DNA of 63,392 nt, counting the filler, from Olpidium bornovanus S191 (Eukaryota; Fungi; Olpidiomycota), in assembly GCA_017911155.1 (NCBI GenBank). It is 31 parts of 31 records of this genome, joined end to end, with 100 filler letters (N's around TTAATTAATTAA, not from the genome) between each part and the next. Parts side by side here need not be neighbours in the genome. Positions count along the whole stretch, not along the records: positions 25,108 to 26,549 come from JAEFCI010006825.1; positions 26,650 to 31,215 come from JAEFCI010001923.1; positions 31,316 to 32,651 come from JAEFCI010007249.1; positions 32,752 to 34,385 come from JAEFCI010008027.1; positions 34,486 to 38,683 come from JAEFCI010000481.1; 26 more parts are not named here. One strand, written 5' to 3'. Shown here piece after piece: positions 25,008-37,034 of the stretch (positions within the stretch are counted from its first letter, which is position 1; every line of letters begins with the position of its first letter). The position numbers and the translations under genes are program-made. The notes under the pieces were generated by a model. The model was given only the letters and a program-made list of their open reading frames with translations, was not told where the DNA came from and did not search any database.

Positions 25008-25211
25008 NNNNNNNNNNNNNNNNNNNNNNNNNNNNNNNNNNNNNNNNNNNNTTAATTAATTAANNNNNNNNNNNNNNNNNNNNNNNNNNNNNNNNNNNNN
25101 NNNNNNNCAGATTCCAGAGCTAGGCTCGTGTATACATTATCTCCAGATAGCGCATTGCGCAGATAAATAATACACTTGTTACATGGTAGCAACGCCCAAG
25201 ATCTAGACCCC

Positions 25212-25244
<33 letters not shown>

Positions 25245-25306
25245 GCCACGACCAAACGACCTTCCCCCCCACCAAGGGCCCCGCGCTTGCGCTCGCCCCG
25301 TTCCAC

Positions 25307-26490
25307 ATGGTGCTGTACGTCATTGGCCTGGGCCTGGCCGACGAGAGAGACATCACGCTGAAGGGCCTGGAGGCGGTCAGGTCGTGCGAGAGGGTGTATC
25401 TTGAGGACTACACCAGCAGGCTTGGCGTCAACCCGGACAGGCTGGTAACTTGCGCGCCCGCCGCCCCGCCGTGGTGCCTGTTTGAGTTTCCCTGCGCCAA
25501 ATATCGGGGGCGCCGAGCCGCTATTTTTCGCGTCCTGACCCTTGGGTGGGGTGACTTTATTTCTGTTTCTGTGCCTCTGCACCTAAGGAAGCCCTTTATG
25601 GACGGCCCGTCTTGATTGCGGACCGCGAGCTGGTTGAGTCCGGCAGTGACGCCATCCTGGCCGGCGCGGACAAGGCCAACGTGGCGTTCCTCGTCGTCGG
25701 GGATCCGTACGGGTAAGTGGCGTGCCGCGTCCGCCGTCGTGTAACCGGCCGGCCGGAAACTTTTTACGCCATGTTCACGTTCCCTTCGCCTTCCCCCTCC
25801 CAATCCTGTCAGGGCGACGACGCACACCGACCTCGTCCTCCGCGCGCGCGAGCTCGGAATACCGGTTCGAACGGTTCACAACGCTTCGATAATGAACGCC
25901 GTTGGGGCGTGCGGGCTGCAGCTGTACAACTTTGGCCAAACGATATCCGTCGTTTTTTTCACCGAGAGCTGGAGGCCCGACAGCTTTTACGACCGCATCA
26001 AAGAGAACAGGCGGATCGGCCTGCACACGTTGTGTCTTCTTGGTAAGAGTAATTCTCGACGCGCGCAAAAACGGGACTTTTAAGCTCAAATAGTGTTCGC
26101 TGTTCTACGTCGAAAGGGCCGGTAAAACCCCCTGCTGTCGTCGGAAGGCGGGGCCTGTGGGAGAGGAGCTTGAGCGCGCGGGTTTGACTTTCTCCTCTCT
26201 TGTGGTTCGCTTTTTCCCCTTTGCGGAAACCCGCTTTTTGCAGATATAAAAGTCAAGGAGCAGAGCGAGGAGAATATGGCTCGGGACGTTCGACCCCGCG
26301 TTCATGACGCGCGGGAAGCGTTACCGCGCAGAAAGCAAATGCGATCGGCACAAATTGGTCGCCGTTTGCCCTCCTATTAACACAAAACGAAATTTTAGGG
26401 GAAGGAAAGTGTACGAGCCGCCGCGGTTCATGGACGTGAGGCAGGCCGCGCGACAACTTTTGGAGATAGAGGAGAAGAGACGTGAGAATG
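25307..26490 (+). CDS. DPH5: Diphthine methyl ester synthase, 5 exons, 3' truncated
   Basis: Exons 25307-25444, 25588-25712, 25813-26042, 26244-26283 and 26399-26490. [74 protein letters not shown]. Confidence 0.97.
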
Positions 26491-26654
26491 GTGAGCTCCC
26501 CTCCCTCCCCCGCACTTTCGATCCACCGTTCTGCTCATCCAATATGCAANNNNNNNNNNNNNNNNNNNNNNNNNNNNNNNNNNNNNNNNNNNNTTAATTA
26601 ATTAANNNNNNNNNNNNNNNNNNNNNNNNNNNNNNNNNNNNNNNNNNNNAGACA

Positions 26655-26749
<95 letters not shown>

Positions 26750-27039
26750 AGGGGGAAAATCCCCACGACGCGTCGTCTTTTGACCGGTCTTCCCGGCGAC
26801 AGCCCCCCGGCGTGCCCGCGGGCGGTAACGGCCTGCTTCAAGAATTCCCGTACGGCCGCATTTAGCTACTTTTTATCCCGTGTTTCTTGCCCTTTGGCCC
26901 GGAAAATGCGCGTTTTCCCCACCCCCTCAGTTGCGGTTACCGGTTAGTGGCGTTTCGGTCGACGGAGGCACGTGCGGGCACACACCCCCTCCCGTTTCCC
27001 TCCGCGAGAGGAACATCCCCCCCCCCCCGGCGGTCCAGA

Positions 27040-29038
27040 ATGTCCGCGCTGCTGCTTGCTGCGCTCGCGTCCGCTTTCGCGGCGGCCGGTAAGGCGAGGC
27101 ACTGCCCCTCTCCCCCACCCCCCTTCCCCCGTCGCCCATGCTCGGCGTTCGCCCGTCCGCTCTTGGGTTTGCGCGTCCATATATAACCTGCAACTGCTTC
27201 GGGCGGCGGCAGCATACTATCTGTTGTTTGTTCCCCCGCGCAGCGCGAGGCGCGACCCCAATGTCCAAGCGCCGCAGGGTGAACACTGGTTCCTAGGCCA
27301 TATTCCTGCGCTCCTCGAACAGCCCACGGCGTTCCACCTGGTTTTGGAGCGGTTTGCTCGCGAATGTCCGAAGCCTGTGTTCCAGATCCGCTTCAGGTGG
27401 GGCGCTATTCAGCCCACAGGCTGGTATCCCGAAACGCCGCGTACGCGCGGCTGAACCGGACGCAATCTCCTCACGGTGCCTAGGAGACGATGGGACTTCG
27501 TCACTGCCGACCCTGTGAACGTCCGGGCAATCCTAAGAGCCAGACCGAAGAACTTCGAGCGGGACGATAAACTGCTGGTACGTGGTCAATTGCGCCCTGG
27601 CGCTTATGGGACCACCGCTCAGAATACTCACTCCTGGTCTGATCTGCAGGACGTTTACGACGCCATCGGGATGACCGGGGGGCTTTTTACGTCCAAAGGC
27701 CAGGTCTGGAGTCGGCAGAGGCGGTTGCTTGCGCCGCACTTTTCCGCAGCGGCGTTGGCGAAGCTGCGTCCGGAGGTTATGCGGCAGGCCGAACGTTTGA
27801 CGGAAGCACTGACGGGACCCCGAAAAGATTCGTGGGCGCTGGTTAACGTCGAAGAAATCTTGCTCTCGTGGACATTCGAAGTCCTTGTGCGGGCGGTTTT
27901 CGGGTGCTCCAGCACGGACGAGTTCTTGAGCGTTGGACCTTACGCGCGGTCGGCATATACGGAGTCCCCCTCGTTTTTTGACGACCTTCGCGTCCTCCTT
28001 GAATCTGTCGGGAAGCGAATGTCCCAGCCGTTGCCAATTTGGAAATACTACAAAAGGGAATTTGACCGAAAGTTCGACGTCGCCGCGTCGCGTGTCGCGG
28101 CGCTGATCCGTGCTGCCATCATGAAAGCCCGGGAGGAACTTTCGGCCGGCTTTGCCACCGAAGGACCCAGCAGCTTCTTGCATTTTATGGTCGCCGCGAG
28201 TCAGGCGGAGAACGAGCCGCTTAAGCACTTGTCGGATAAGGAATTGTGCGGAAATCTATTGACGTTCATGATTGCGGTAGACAACTCTTTCTTGGTTTCG
28301 TTTTTGCGAGATCGCCACCGGCGCATCAAAAGCGTTAATTCTCTTGTCGTACTTCTGTGTACCACGGTTTAGGGGCACGAAACGACCGCAATGACGGGCT
28401 CAAACATGGCCTTTCTGCTTGCAGCGAACCCCAAGGTGCACGCGCGGCTGCAGTTGGAGGTGGAAAAAGTCGTCCGGCGGGAACAGGCCCTGTCTTCAGT
28501 AACCGCCGCGGAGCTTTCGCAGCTACCATACCTCGAAGGGGTCGTTCAGGAGACATTACGACTGAAACCGGCTTTACCGGTTTTCGCCCTGCAAGCGGTG
28601 CAAGACGGATCGTACCCGTGCAGCGACGGCAGCTCGTTGACAGTGCCGAAAGGTGCAATCGTTTTTCTGCTGGTTCGGCAGATGGGCGTTTCGGCTCCCC
28701 AGCTTTTTCCTAAACCGACGGAGTTCGAACCGGGTCGATGGGTCGCGGAGGAGGGCGGCGAGCACGGGAACTCGAGTCTGAGGGAGATGGAGCAGTGTAT
28801 GTTTGCTTTTGGCGGCGGGACCCGCTCGTGCCCGGGCGCCGCCCTTGCCACGAGCGAGCTCCGTCTCGTCGCCTTGGTCCTGAGCAGACTTCAGCTCCGC
28901 TTGCCGGACGACGCCCGCGCGCGCGAGTGCCGCACGGCTCTGAACGTTGAGGCGTCCGATTCTCTGCCGGACGAGTTCAACGATTTCTCCTTGCGAGCCC
29001 GCGACCCGAGATTGATGGTCAAGCGCGTCTTTACGTGA
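27040..29038 (+). CDS. Cytochrome P450, apparently complete (5 exons, 539 aa)
   Basis: Exons 27040-27088, 27213-27396, 27484-27577, 27650-28276 and 28373-29038 total 1620 nt. N-terminal membrane anchor, WSRQRR C-helix, A|GHETT I-helix, ETLR, FEPGRW and heme motif FAFGGGTRSCPG. Confidence 0.96.
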
Positions 29039-29857
29039 CCTGCCGGTATGTCCCGCGCGCGACGCGGCGGATCAAGCGCCGAACGACCGTCGGTTCAGCG
29101 CCGCGAGTGCGGCCGTGTGCGGCGAGGAATGAAAGGCCACAAGGGCCATTTGTTGGTTGGTGTTCGAGGGCAGCTCGCTTGGCGGCAGCAGGACTCGCGG
29201 TTTACATCTGGCGAATAGCATCTAATGAGCATGTTTCATACGTCCGAAAAATTCCGAAACCAAGTCAACGACGCAGCACGGTACCTGATAGTAGATTTCT
29301 GATGGACAGACACTGCTTATATACACACACGCAAATACAGGGAATGCGCGTTCACTGCACGCTCGGCCAATCGACCCGCATACCGTCACCCCAGGGAGGG
29401 GGGGTTGGCGAGGGTGTGGTGTACGGAGATCGTGGCGTTCAGGGGCGAAACCCGCACTGGTTGAGATGATCTGGGGGCGATGGGGAAAAAGGGCGGGAAC
29501 TCGCCTTGGCGCGTTCGCCGGGAGGCATGGACACGGCGCGGGTTTGCGCAGCGCGGGCGACGCGGCGGGCCGACGGCACGCGGCCCCCTTCCTGTTGTAT
29601 TTTGGGCAGCAGGCGGGCGGAAGCACGGAGGCCCCGGGCGTACGGAGAGCTTTTTTTTTTTTTTTTTTGTTTTTGTCCTCGAAGCGTGGGGGGTTGTAGA
29701 TGATATCGTGGATATCATATTCCGCTTCTTTGCACCATTATATTGTCAAAGCTCGGTGTTTTCGCACTTTTATCGCCTGTATTCTTCTTCTGAAGGCCTT
29801 TCTTTCTCTCACCTCGCCTTTCTCCGCTTTTCTGCGCTTTTCTGCGCCGACCTGCGT

Positions 29858-30339
29858 TCATTCTGCGCCATTCTGCGATTTTTGGGCGGAGTACGCTAGC
29901 CCACCATTGCCATAGCAACAGGGGGAGACCCCGAACGCGTTACGAGAGGTTCTGAACACCACCCGCGTTTTTGCCGAACTTCGAATCCCGTTCTCGGGCC
30001 CCACTACACCGATTCCCACAAAACGTGGAGCAAACCACCGCACCACCCGCGCGCACCTTTCCCCAACGTTACAGAAGGCTCGGCGACTGGACGGCTGAGA
30101 ATGATAAGAAAATGTACTAAAATGGGGTAATATTGTACTCCTTTTGCCTGCAACGGGCTACAGTGTCCTTCGATTGAAGAATGCACAGCGCCGGGATATT
30201 CGTCTTGCCAGCGCGCATCTGCTGCAACAAACCAATGGGGAATTGGAGGCTTCTCTGCTGAGAACGAGACCACCGAAGTTTGGGAGAACTGCATTCCCTT
30301 CTCCTTTTCAAGAGAAACACATTTGGCCTTCTCTACCAT
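29858..30339 (-). CDS. Possible small 2-exon hypothetical protein (about 106 aa)
   Basis: ATG at 30339, donor GTGCGC after 30057, acceptor before 29895, frame-consistent. An E-box lies about 100 bp upstream. No family recognised. Confidence 0.25.
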
Positions 30340-30435
30340 TCCTCCCTGTCCATTTGCAAAAGGGAGTGCGTTGGCGGATGTAGCGCACGCGGACTTCCGA
30401 GGGGACCATAGGGGGTGGTGGGGGGGGGTGAGGCT

Positions 30436-30449
30436 TGGTCACGTGACCA
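30436..30449. promoter_or_regulatory. TGGTCACGTGACCA 14-bp perfect palindrome (extended E-box)
   Basis: Read directly from the sequence. Non-coding context. Confidence 0.55.
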
Positions 30450-30784
30450 GGGCCCGCAAGGGTGCCTGCTGGGTCGGCCCAGGACGGTGCCCGAGGAGCG
30501 CGCGCGCATCACACCCCCCGTACTCTCCTCGTCGAGTTGGGCGGGGAGAGACAATCCCGTGGCGCGCCGGAATGGCGGGTCGTGCCTATTCCGACGTAAC
30601 GAGTTGCCGAGCAGCTGCGTCATCTATTCGGCAACTTCTGCGGTGGCGCGGTTTGCCACGCGAAATTCAAGTGGGAAAGTGCAGAAGGGGGGGGGGGGGG
30701 GGGGTTATGTGGGAAAAAAAAAGGGGGGGGGGGGGGGGGGCCCGGGGGGGCGGGGGGGGGGGGGGAAGGGGAAAGGGGGAAAGT

Positions 30785-30860
30785 TCTTCGATTGGCGGGC
30801 TTCGAGGGGAAGGGGGAGCTCTTCGATTGGCGGGTTTTGAGGGGGATTATTCTATTGGCC
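30785..30860 (-). promoter_or_regulatory. Three CCAAT boxes (ATTGG on + at 30791, 30826, 30854)
   Basis: The first two share TCTTCGATTGGCGGG. Spacings are 35 and 28 bp. Confidence 0.45.
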
Positions 30861-32362
30861 GGCCCCCGGGTTCGGGGGCCGTCCTGCCCTCAATCCCGCC
30901 TCCGTCTCCGCCCTTCGACCACCTCTCGCCCTTTTGCCCTTCACTCGCCGTCCTTCGCCCGCCGCCCGCCTTCCGTGGCTTCGGTCGACGGGCGGTTCGA
31001 GGGCCGTGCCACAGCACACCCCCCGTACTTTCCGCCCGCGGAAAGTCTTGTCGCGGCGCGTTGTCCTCCACCCCCTGGGCCACCGGGCGGTCGATGCCTG
31101 GAGTACTTGCTGTCTCCAGACAGCCCAGGAGGGAGGAGCCATTGGGCTCGGCCGCAGTCTCGTTGGTTTGGCGGCGCGGGAGGGAGGGGGGGGGGCCTTG
31201 TTCAGACTAGCAAAANNNNNNNNNNNNNNNNNNNNNNNNNNNNNNNNNNNNNNNNNNNNTTAATTAATTAANNNNNNNNNNNNNNNNNNNNNNNNNNNNN
31301 NNNNNNNNNNNNNNNCATGGCGTTTCCACCCTGCCGTCCGGATAACGTCGACAAACGTGGCCTTTTCGTGGGGGACGTTTCTTATGCGTGGCCTCGTGAA
31401 TCATTTTGAAGACGTATTTTTTTCAAACGGGAAAGCTGTAGGAGAACGTGTACCGCGTCTTGGATGCCGCGGGCACGGCACGCGCTTGATCCAGCGGTGA
31501 TACGTAGCAAGTCTGTGGAACAGAAGCGAAACGGCCAGTTCCCCTTTCCCCGCGAAGAACGAAGAAGACCAACAGCAGTAGACTAAAGTCGAGGCGACGA
31601 CGCCGTGGTTTCAAGTCTGAAACTTGAAATCGCGCGGACTTGAATCACTACTGGCGAGTCCGGTGAATGAAGGCTAGTTAGAACCGCGTCAAACAGCGCC
31701 CAAACCGAAACCAAAGGGTAGGGAGGACAGAGCCTGTCGTGCCGCGTCGGGATCACCAAGTTCCCCCACCCCCCTTCCCCCTCCCATTTCCCTCCCTTGG
31801 AACTGCAGCGCACCGCCGTACGGCGTTAGCACGGCATGGCCGTGGACCGAGGGTTTTCTGGCTTTTTCAAACCGCAGAAACCGCGCTGCCCGGGGTTTTG
31901 GCGCCCAACCCCGCGGCTGTGGAAGGGAGCCTGTGCTCCCGGTCCCACCGAAATTGCCCGCCCACACCAGGTAGTAGTGTTGAGGGTAGACCGGTTTGCC
32001 AGGGGCACCACTCACGCCATGCAGTTCTCGGGGGCCCGGAATTCCGCAGGTTCGGAAGAAATTATTTTCCAGGGACGGCGAGGCATTAAGCTATGTTTCC
32101 TTTCATCATTATATTAAGGGTGCGAGCTACGGGGGACACGCTATGCAGCTCAGTGTTGTCTGCTCCGTTTGATGACCGCAGGAGGTCAAGCGAGGGTAAT
32201 AAAGCGGGCCGTGAGAAGACTCCGCATCCGGTATGATACCGGATCCCCCCCCCCCACCCCCAGCTCGGCGTTCGTATAATGCCTGGTGGGTCGTACGGGA
32301 AATAATTACATAAAACAGAATGAAAAACAAAAATAAAAATCAGAAAATAAACAAATGGCGGA

Positions 32363-32651
32363 TTAGTCCCATTTTTCTTCGTCGTCCTCATCGGACTCTG
32401 GATTCGGTGATGCGAGGTTCAAGGGTGGAAGATGAGGTCGGCGGCGGAGGGTGCGAGGGGGGGGGGGCCGAGAATAAGTCGACCCTGTTTTCCGCAACAC
32501 GTATCCTCAAACAACGCGAAAGGCAGGATACATGAAGGCGCTTCTTCCTCCCGCTTACCGCCCTCGCTGTCGCTCATTTCCAGGGCCGCGCGCCTCATCA
32601 GAATGTGCATCACATCGTCCTGTTTCCGGTCGCCCGTCTTTGGTGTGAGCA
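32363..32651 (-). CDS. SCAR/WAVE-family Arp2/3 activator, C-terminal central-acidic region, last 2 exons
   Basis: Exons 32651-32559 and 32397-32363 (GTAAGC...CCAG, phase 1) give KQDDVMHILMRRAALEMSDSEG|ESDEDDEEKWD*. Compare recalled WAVE1 [31 protein letters not shown], with terminal acidic tract and Trp. Confidence 0.82.
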
Positions 32652-32751
32652 NNNNNNNNNNNNNNNNNNNNNNNNNNNNNNNNNNNNNNNNNNNNTTAAT
32701 TAATTAANNNNNNNNNNNNNNNNNNNNNNNNNNNNNNNNNNNNNNNNNNNN

Positions 32752-32812
<61 letters not shown>

Positions 32813-32952
32813 AAGGGGGCGGATGGGAAAGGGGGAGTGTCAGGCCACGCATCACGGAAGGAAACTTGGTCAGGCCGCGCATTCACGGAAGGAACCACCC
32901 TTTCCTCGGTTCGGCAAAGAGAAAACTTCTAAAAAAAAGTTTTCTGACCCAC

Positions 32953-33433
32953 CGATCAGGACGGCGTCCAGCTGCAGTTCCCGAACGGTCGACACGACCC
33001 TGACCAAGAGGCGAGCGGCGCCGTCCGCCGGGCCGCCGGGCCCGCCTTCGCCTCCGCGGCCGTCCGGGTGGCCGGCGGCGGCGTCCAGGTCCAGCAGCAG
33101 CAGGAACGGCGCGGGCGGTTCGCCGGCGTCGGCGGGTTCGGAAAGCGATGATGACGATCCCCCGCGGCCGCCCGGCGTGCAGGGCGGTTCCGGTTCGGGG
33201 CCGCACGTCTTCCGGCGGCGGCGGCGGCGGCGGGCGAGCCGGGCGAGGTGGTCGCAGAGGTCGGCGGGGTGGCGGAAGCAGACGAGGTCCGCGTACTGGT
33301 GGCTCCGCAGCAGGTCCGCGGTCGAGGTCGTCGGCGGGCGGGCCTGCGAACGGGTTGACGGCGGCGAGGCCCGCGCGTCGTCCTCGAGCAGCACGACGGG
33401 ACAGGTTTTTGGCGAAAAGAGGAGCGGAGCCAT
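32953..33433 (-). CDS. First exon of a protein with an N-terminal receiver (REC)-like domain
   Basis: ATG 33433, donor GTGGGT after 32953. CPVVLLEDD (beta1 plus acidic pair), LLRSHQYADLVCFRHPADLCDHL, FLLLLDL (beta3 with Asp), and low-complexity inserts. Confidence 0.45.
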
Positions 33434-33546
33434 TTTTTTTTTTTTTTTTCTTTCTTTCTTCTTCTTCTTCTGCGCAAAGAGGAGCGAATGACGATGGCTG
33501 CTGACGCTGGCCGGGTGCGTGGGAGTGTGGCTGCGGACCCTTTCTA

Positions 33547-33594
33547 TCTCTGTCTCTGTCTCTGTCTCTGTCTCTGTCTCTGTTTCTCTGTCTC

Positions 33595-33629
<35 letters not shown>

Positions 33630-33695
33630 AACTGCAAAATGTACAAAGAGACGACGGGCGGGCGGGGGGGTGCCCTTCGACGGCCGAGGCCCCGT

Positions 33696-33732
<37 letters not shown>

Positions 33733-34215
33733 GGGGGGGGGGGGGAGTATAAGAAGAACCGCCCGGGTTCTTCTTCTTCTTCTTCTTTTTCTTCTTCTTC
33801 TTCTTCTTCTTCTTGTTCTTCTTCCTCGTTTTCTTCTTCCTTCTTCTTCTTCTTCGTCGGGTCTCTTTTCTCAGGGCCAGCCTCAACACCTTTTTCGTCT
33901 CGTCCTTGCTCTCTCACTTCGCCTCTTGCGGCAAACAAGCGCAGGGAGGGGGAGAGAGAGAGGGAGAGAGAGAGAGAAAGAGAGAGAGAGACGAGAAAGA
34001 GAGAGACCAGAGAGAGAAAGAGACCAGAGAGACAGAGAGAGAGAAAGAGGGAGAGGAATCTCTCTGTCTCTTGTCTCTCCCGACCAAAACGAAAACGCCA
34101 CGCACACACGCGCGGCGAGATGGGGAGACGCCGGGGGGGGGGAGGAAAGGAAAACCTTCCCGGAGGAAACCGGGATGCGGTGGCCCGGAAAAAAACGGAG
34201 TCGGCCGCAGCGAGC

Positions 34216-34252
<37 letters not shown>
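33547..34252. repeat. Microsatellite cluster: (TCTCTG)n/(TC)n, (TTC)n, (GA)n
   Basis: Runs at about 33547-33630, 33770-33855, 33950-34060 and 34218-34250. Confidence 0.92.
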
Positions 34253-34341
34253 CGCGCGCGGGAACAACGGGAGTCTGTTGACTCTGCGGTGGAAGAAGAA
34301 GAAACCGTCTCCCACCCCCCCCCCCCCCCCCCCCCCGCACC

Positions 34342-34385
<44 letters not shown>

Positions 34386-34676
34386 NNNNNNNNNNNNNNN
34401 NNNNNNNNNNNNNNNNNNNNNNNNNNNNNTTAATTAATTAANNNNNNNNNNNNNNNNNNNNNNNNNNNNNNNNNNNNNNNNNNNNAGGCCTTGAATGCTG
34501 CGTCGCCGCGTTGCCAAATGGGAAGGGTAATTCCGGCATTCCCGACGAAGAGCTTGTTTCACCACCACGCACGAAGCCTAGTGCGCAGCAACGAAGTAAG
34601 ATCATGTAAACTTCATTGCATTTTTTAGCGGTTCGTTGGCCCTTTTGACTGACGCGGACGTCTCCACCAGAGCACA

Positions 34677-36921
34677 GTGACCGGAAGGTCAAGGACGAAC
34701 GTAGGTTGCTCCGTTTCCTCGTGCATGCGTGCCTTCGCAGACTGCGAATTTTTCCCCACTGAACGCCTAGCTGTCTTTTCACGCCTTTTAGCAACAGGGA
34801 CGCGACCGCAAAAGCCTGCAGATGGCACGAAGACGGCAGCACCGGCAGCTCCATCAGTCAGCACAGGCAACGCAAAGGTGCCGCTCGAGGCACTTGTGCC
34901 ATTGCCTCAACGGTACGCGGTCGCCGCGGCAGCAAGCCCGACAGTCGCTGCTGTGGTCGCTGGTCAGGCCAGGACAATTGTACCGGGCGCGTCGACTTCG
35001 GCGAAAGCAACAGAACACGTCTCGGCCAACTCGGCGGTGGCGCCTTCATATCACGGCATCGCGGCTGAACAGCGGGCTGGCAGAAGAGCTGAGAGTGGAC
35101 GGGGTGAGCAACCCCCTGCAACTCAGAAGGACGGTCCCGCAAGTGCGGTGCCGGCTACGGCATGGAGAGGGAACGCCAACGCCGTAACGGCCGTGGCGTC
35201 CGGCGGCGGTCTGGTGGTGAAATCGGCGCGAGACAAGGCGAAGGCACAGGATTCCCTGAAATTTATGGCGGCACAACCTGCAACGCAACACGGGGGCGGC
35301 AACCAGGTACAGCCCCTGGAGCAGCCACCACAGCAGCGGCAGCAGCGTGCAGCATTGTGGGCGCAACAGCAGCGGTCTCCGTCGCGAGGCCGGGTGGCGA
35401 GCGGGAACAAAGCGGCAGCTGCGCTGCCCCTTCAACCGCCGACCGCTGCAGCAGTAGCAGCATCAGGGGCCATGCCGGGAAAGCCCGCGTCTACGTCGGC
35501 CCATCAATCCAATGCGCCCGCGACGGCGTTTACCGCCACTACCATTTTGTCGCCCAAATTGACATCGGCCGCCTCACAGACCGCGGTCAACGCCACTCCG
35601 CCGCCCGCCGCAACTGAGCCGGTCCCTCCGGCAACTCTTTCCGCGAATTACGCCGCCGCGAAGCACCCGCAGGCCGTCCCCGTCGGCGCCGATCCAGCGA
35701 GCAACGCCGCCCCGTCGTCCGCTCCGCAACAGCCGCAGCCGGCGACGCAGTCGTTCCCGGCCTCGCCGGCGTCGGAGCACTCCCCCCAGACCCGGAGCTC
35801 TACCCCCGATTACGTCCCCCGCCGGACCATCGCATTGCCGCCTCTCCCACCCCCAGAGCCGCTGCCGGTCAGCGCGCTGCCGCAGTCGCTGGCCGACCTT
35901 GCCAAGGGTTACGAGGCTGCGATGCAGCGGAGTAAGTTGCCCGTTGTTACGTTCCGTCGTTATCTGGTTCATATTACCCGGCGATATGGTCCTCACCACA
36001 AACTCAGTAAATATATTTTTGTACAATCCCCTGCCTGTGGTCGGGGGAAAAATAAAAAACGATTTCCGGTAACATGAACGGCAGATGCAAAGGAAGATCC
36101 TCTCTATATCAAGCAAATGTTGTCGATGGCCCTGCAGTCCGCGCCCGATCACGTTGATGGGGAAAGGTGAGGCGTGACGTTTTCGACGGCAAAGAGCAGC
36201 TCTACTTTTGGCAGAAATATGCGACAGAGGGGCGTTTTGATTTCGTGCGAGTGGTGGTGGTGGTTACGGCCTTATGTCTCTTTCTTTCTTTTTGCCAGGG
36301 TCAAGCCGTATGTTCCTCGTCAGCCATGGCCTGTTCCCCCACACTACCCTCAGGCACCGGGGCAAATCAGCAACTCACCAGAGATTTTTGAAAGAATCGA
36401 CATCGACTGCCTGTTTTTCATTTTTTACCACATGCCGAAGACGTACCACCAGTGAGTGGCAAAAACCGAGGGGCCCCGCCTTTCTTTTGGTTTTTTTTTG
36501 TCTTTCGAAACTTTTTTTGCCGCACCAACTACCAATAACGACCGTACACCCCTGTGGCTGTGGAACCGCAACCTCTGCAACAGGTACCTCGCGGCCCGTG
36601 AGCTGAAGAGGCAATCGTGGCGGTTCCACACGGGATACCGAATGTGGTTCCAGAGGGACGACGAGCCGGAGCTGAGCAACGAGGAGTTCGAACAGGGGAC
36701 CTATATATGGTTTGACCACGAGAGCACGTGGTGCCAACGGAAGAAGTCAGATCTCCGGTAAAGGCTTTTTGCGCCGATTGAGTCTTCCGGGGGGTTTCGT
36801 CCCACTTAGCCCGGCGGCCAACGTTGCCCACGTTCTGCGGCTAAATCGTCGCGCACCGTTTTCTCTCCTGTTCTGCTGTTTCTGCGCAATCTTTTTGGCG
36901 CGCCCGATTACCTCCCCCCCC

Positions 36922-36963
<42 letters not shown>

Positions 36964-37034
36964 CGTCGCTTTCTGGATCGGGCGGCCATCACCCGACGCA
37001 CTCCAGCTTCGAGTACAAGTATTTGGAGGACTGA
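34677..37034 (+). CDS. NOT3: CCR4-NOT subunit Not3/Not5 (CNOT3), C-terminal part, 5 exons, 5' incomplete
   Basis: Long Ala/Pro/Gln linker exon ending 35931, then 36085-36166, 36299-36451, 36584-36757 and 37007-37034. [70 protein letters not shown]. Start position uncertain. Confidence 0.95.
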
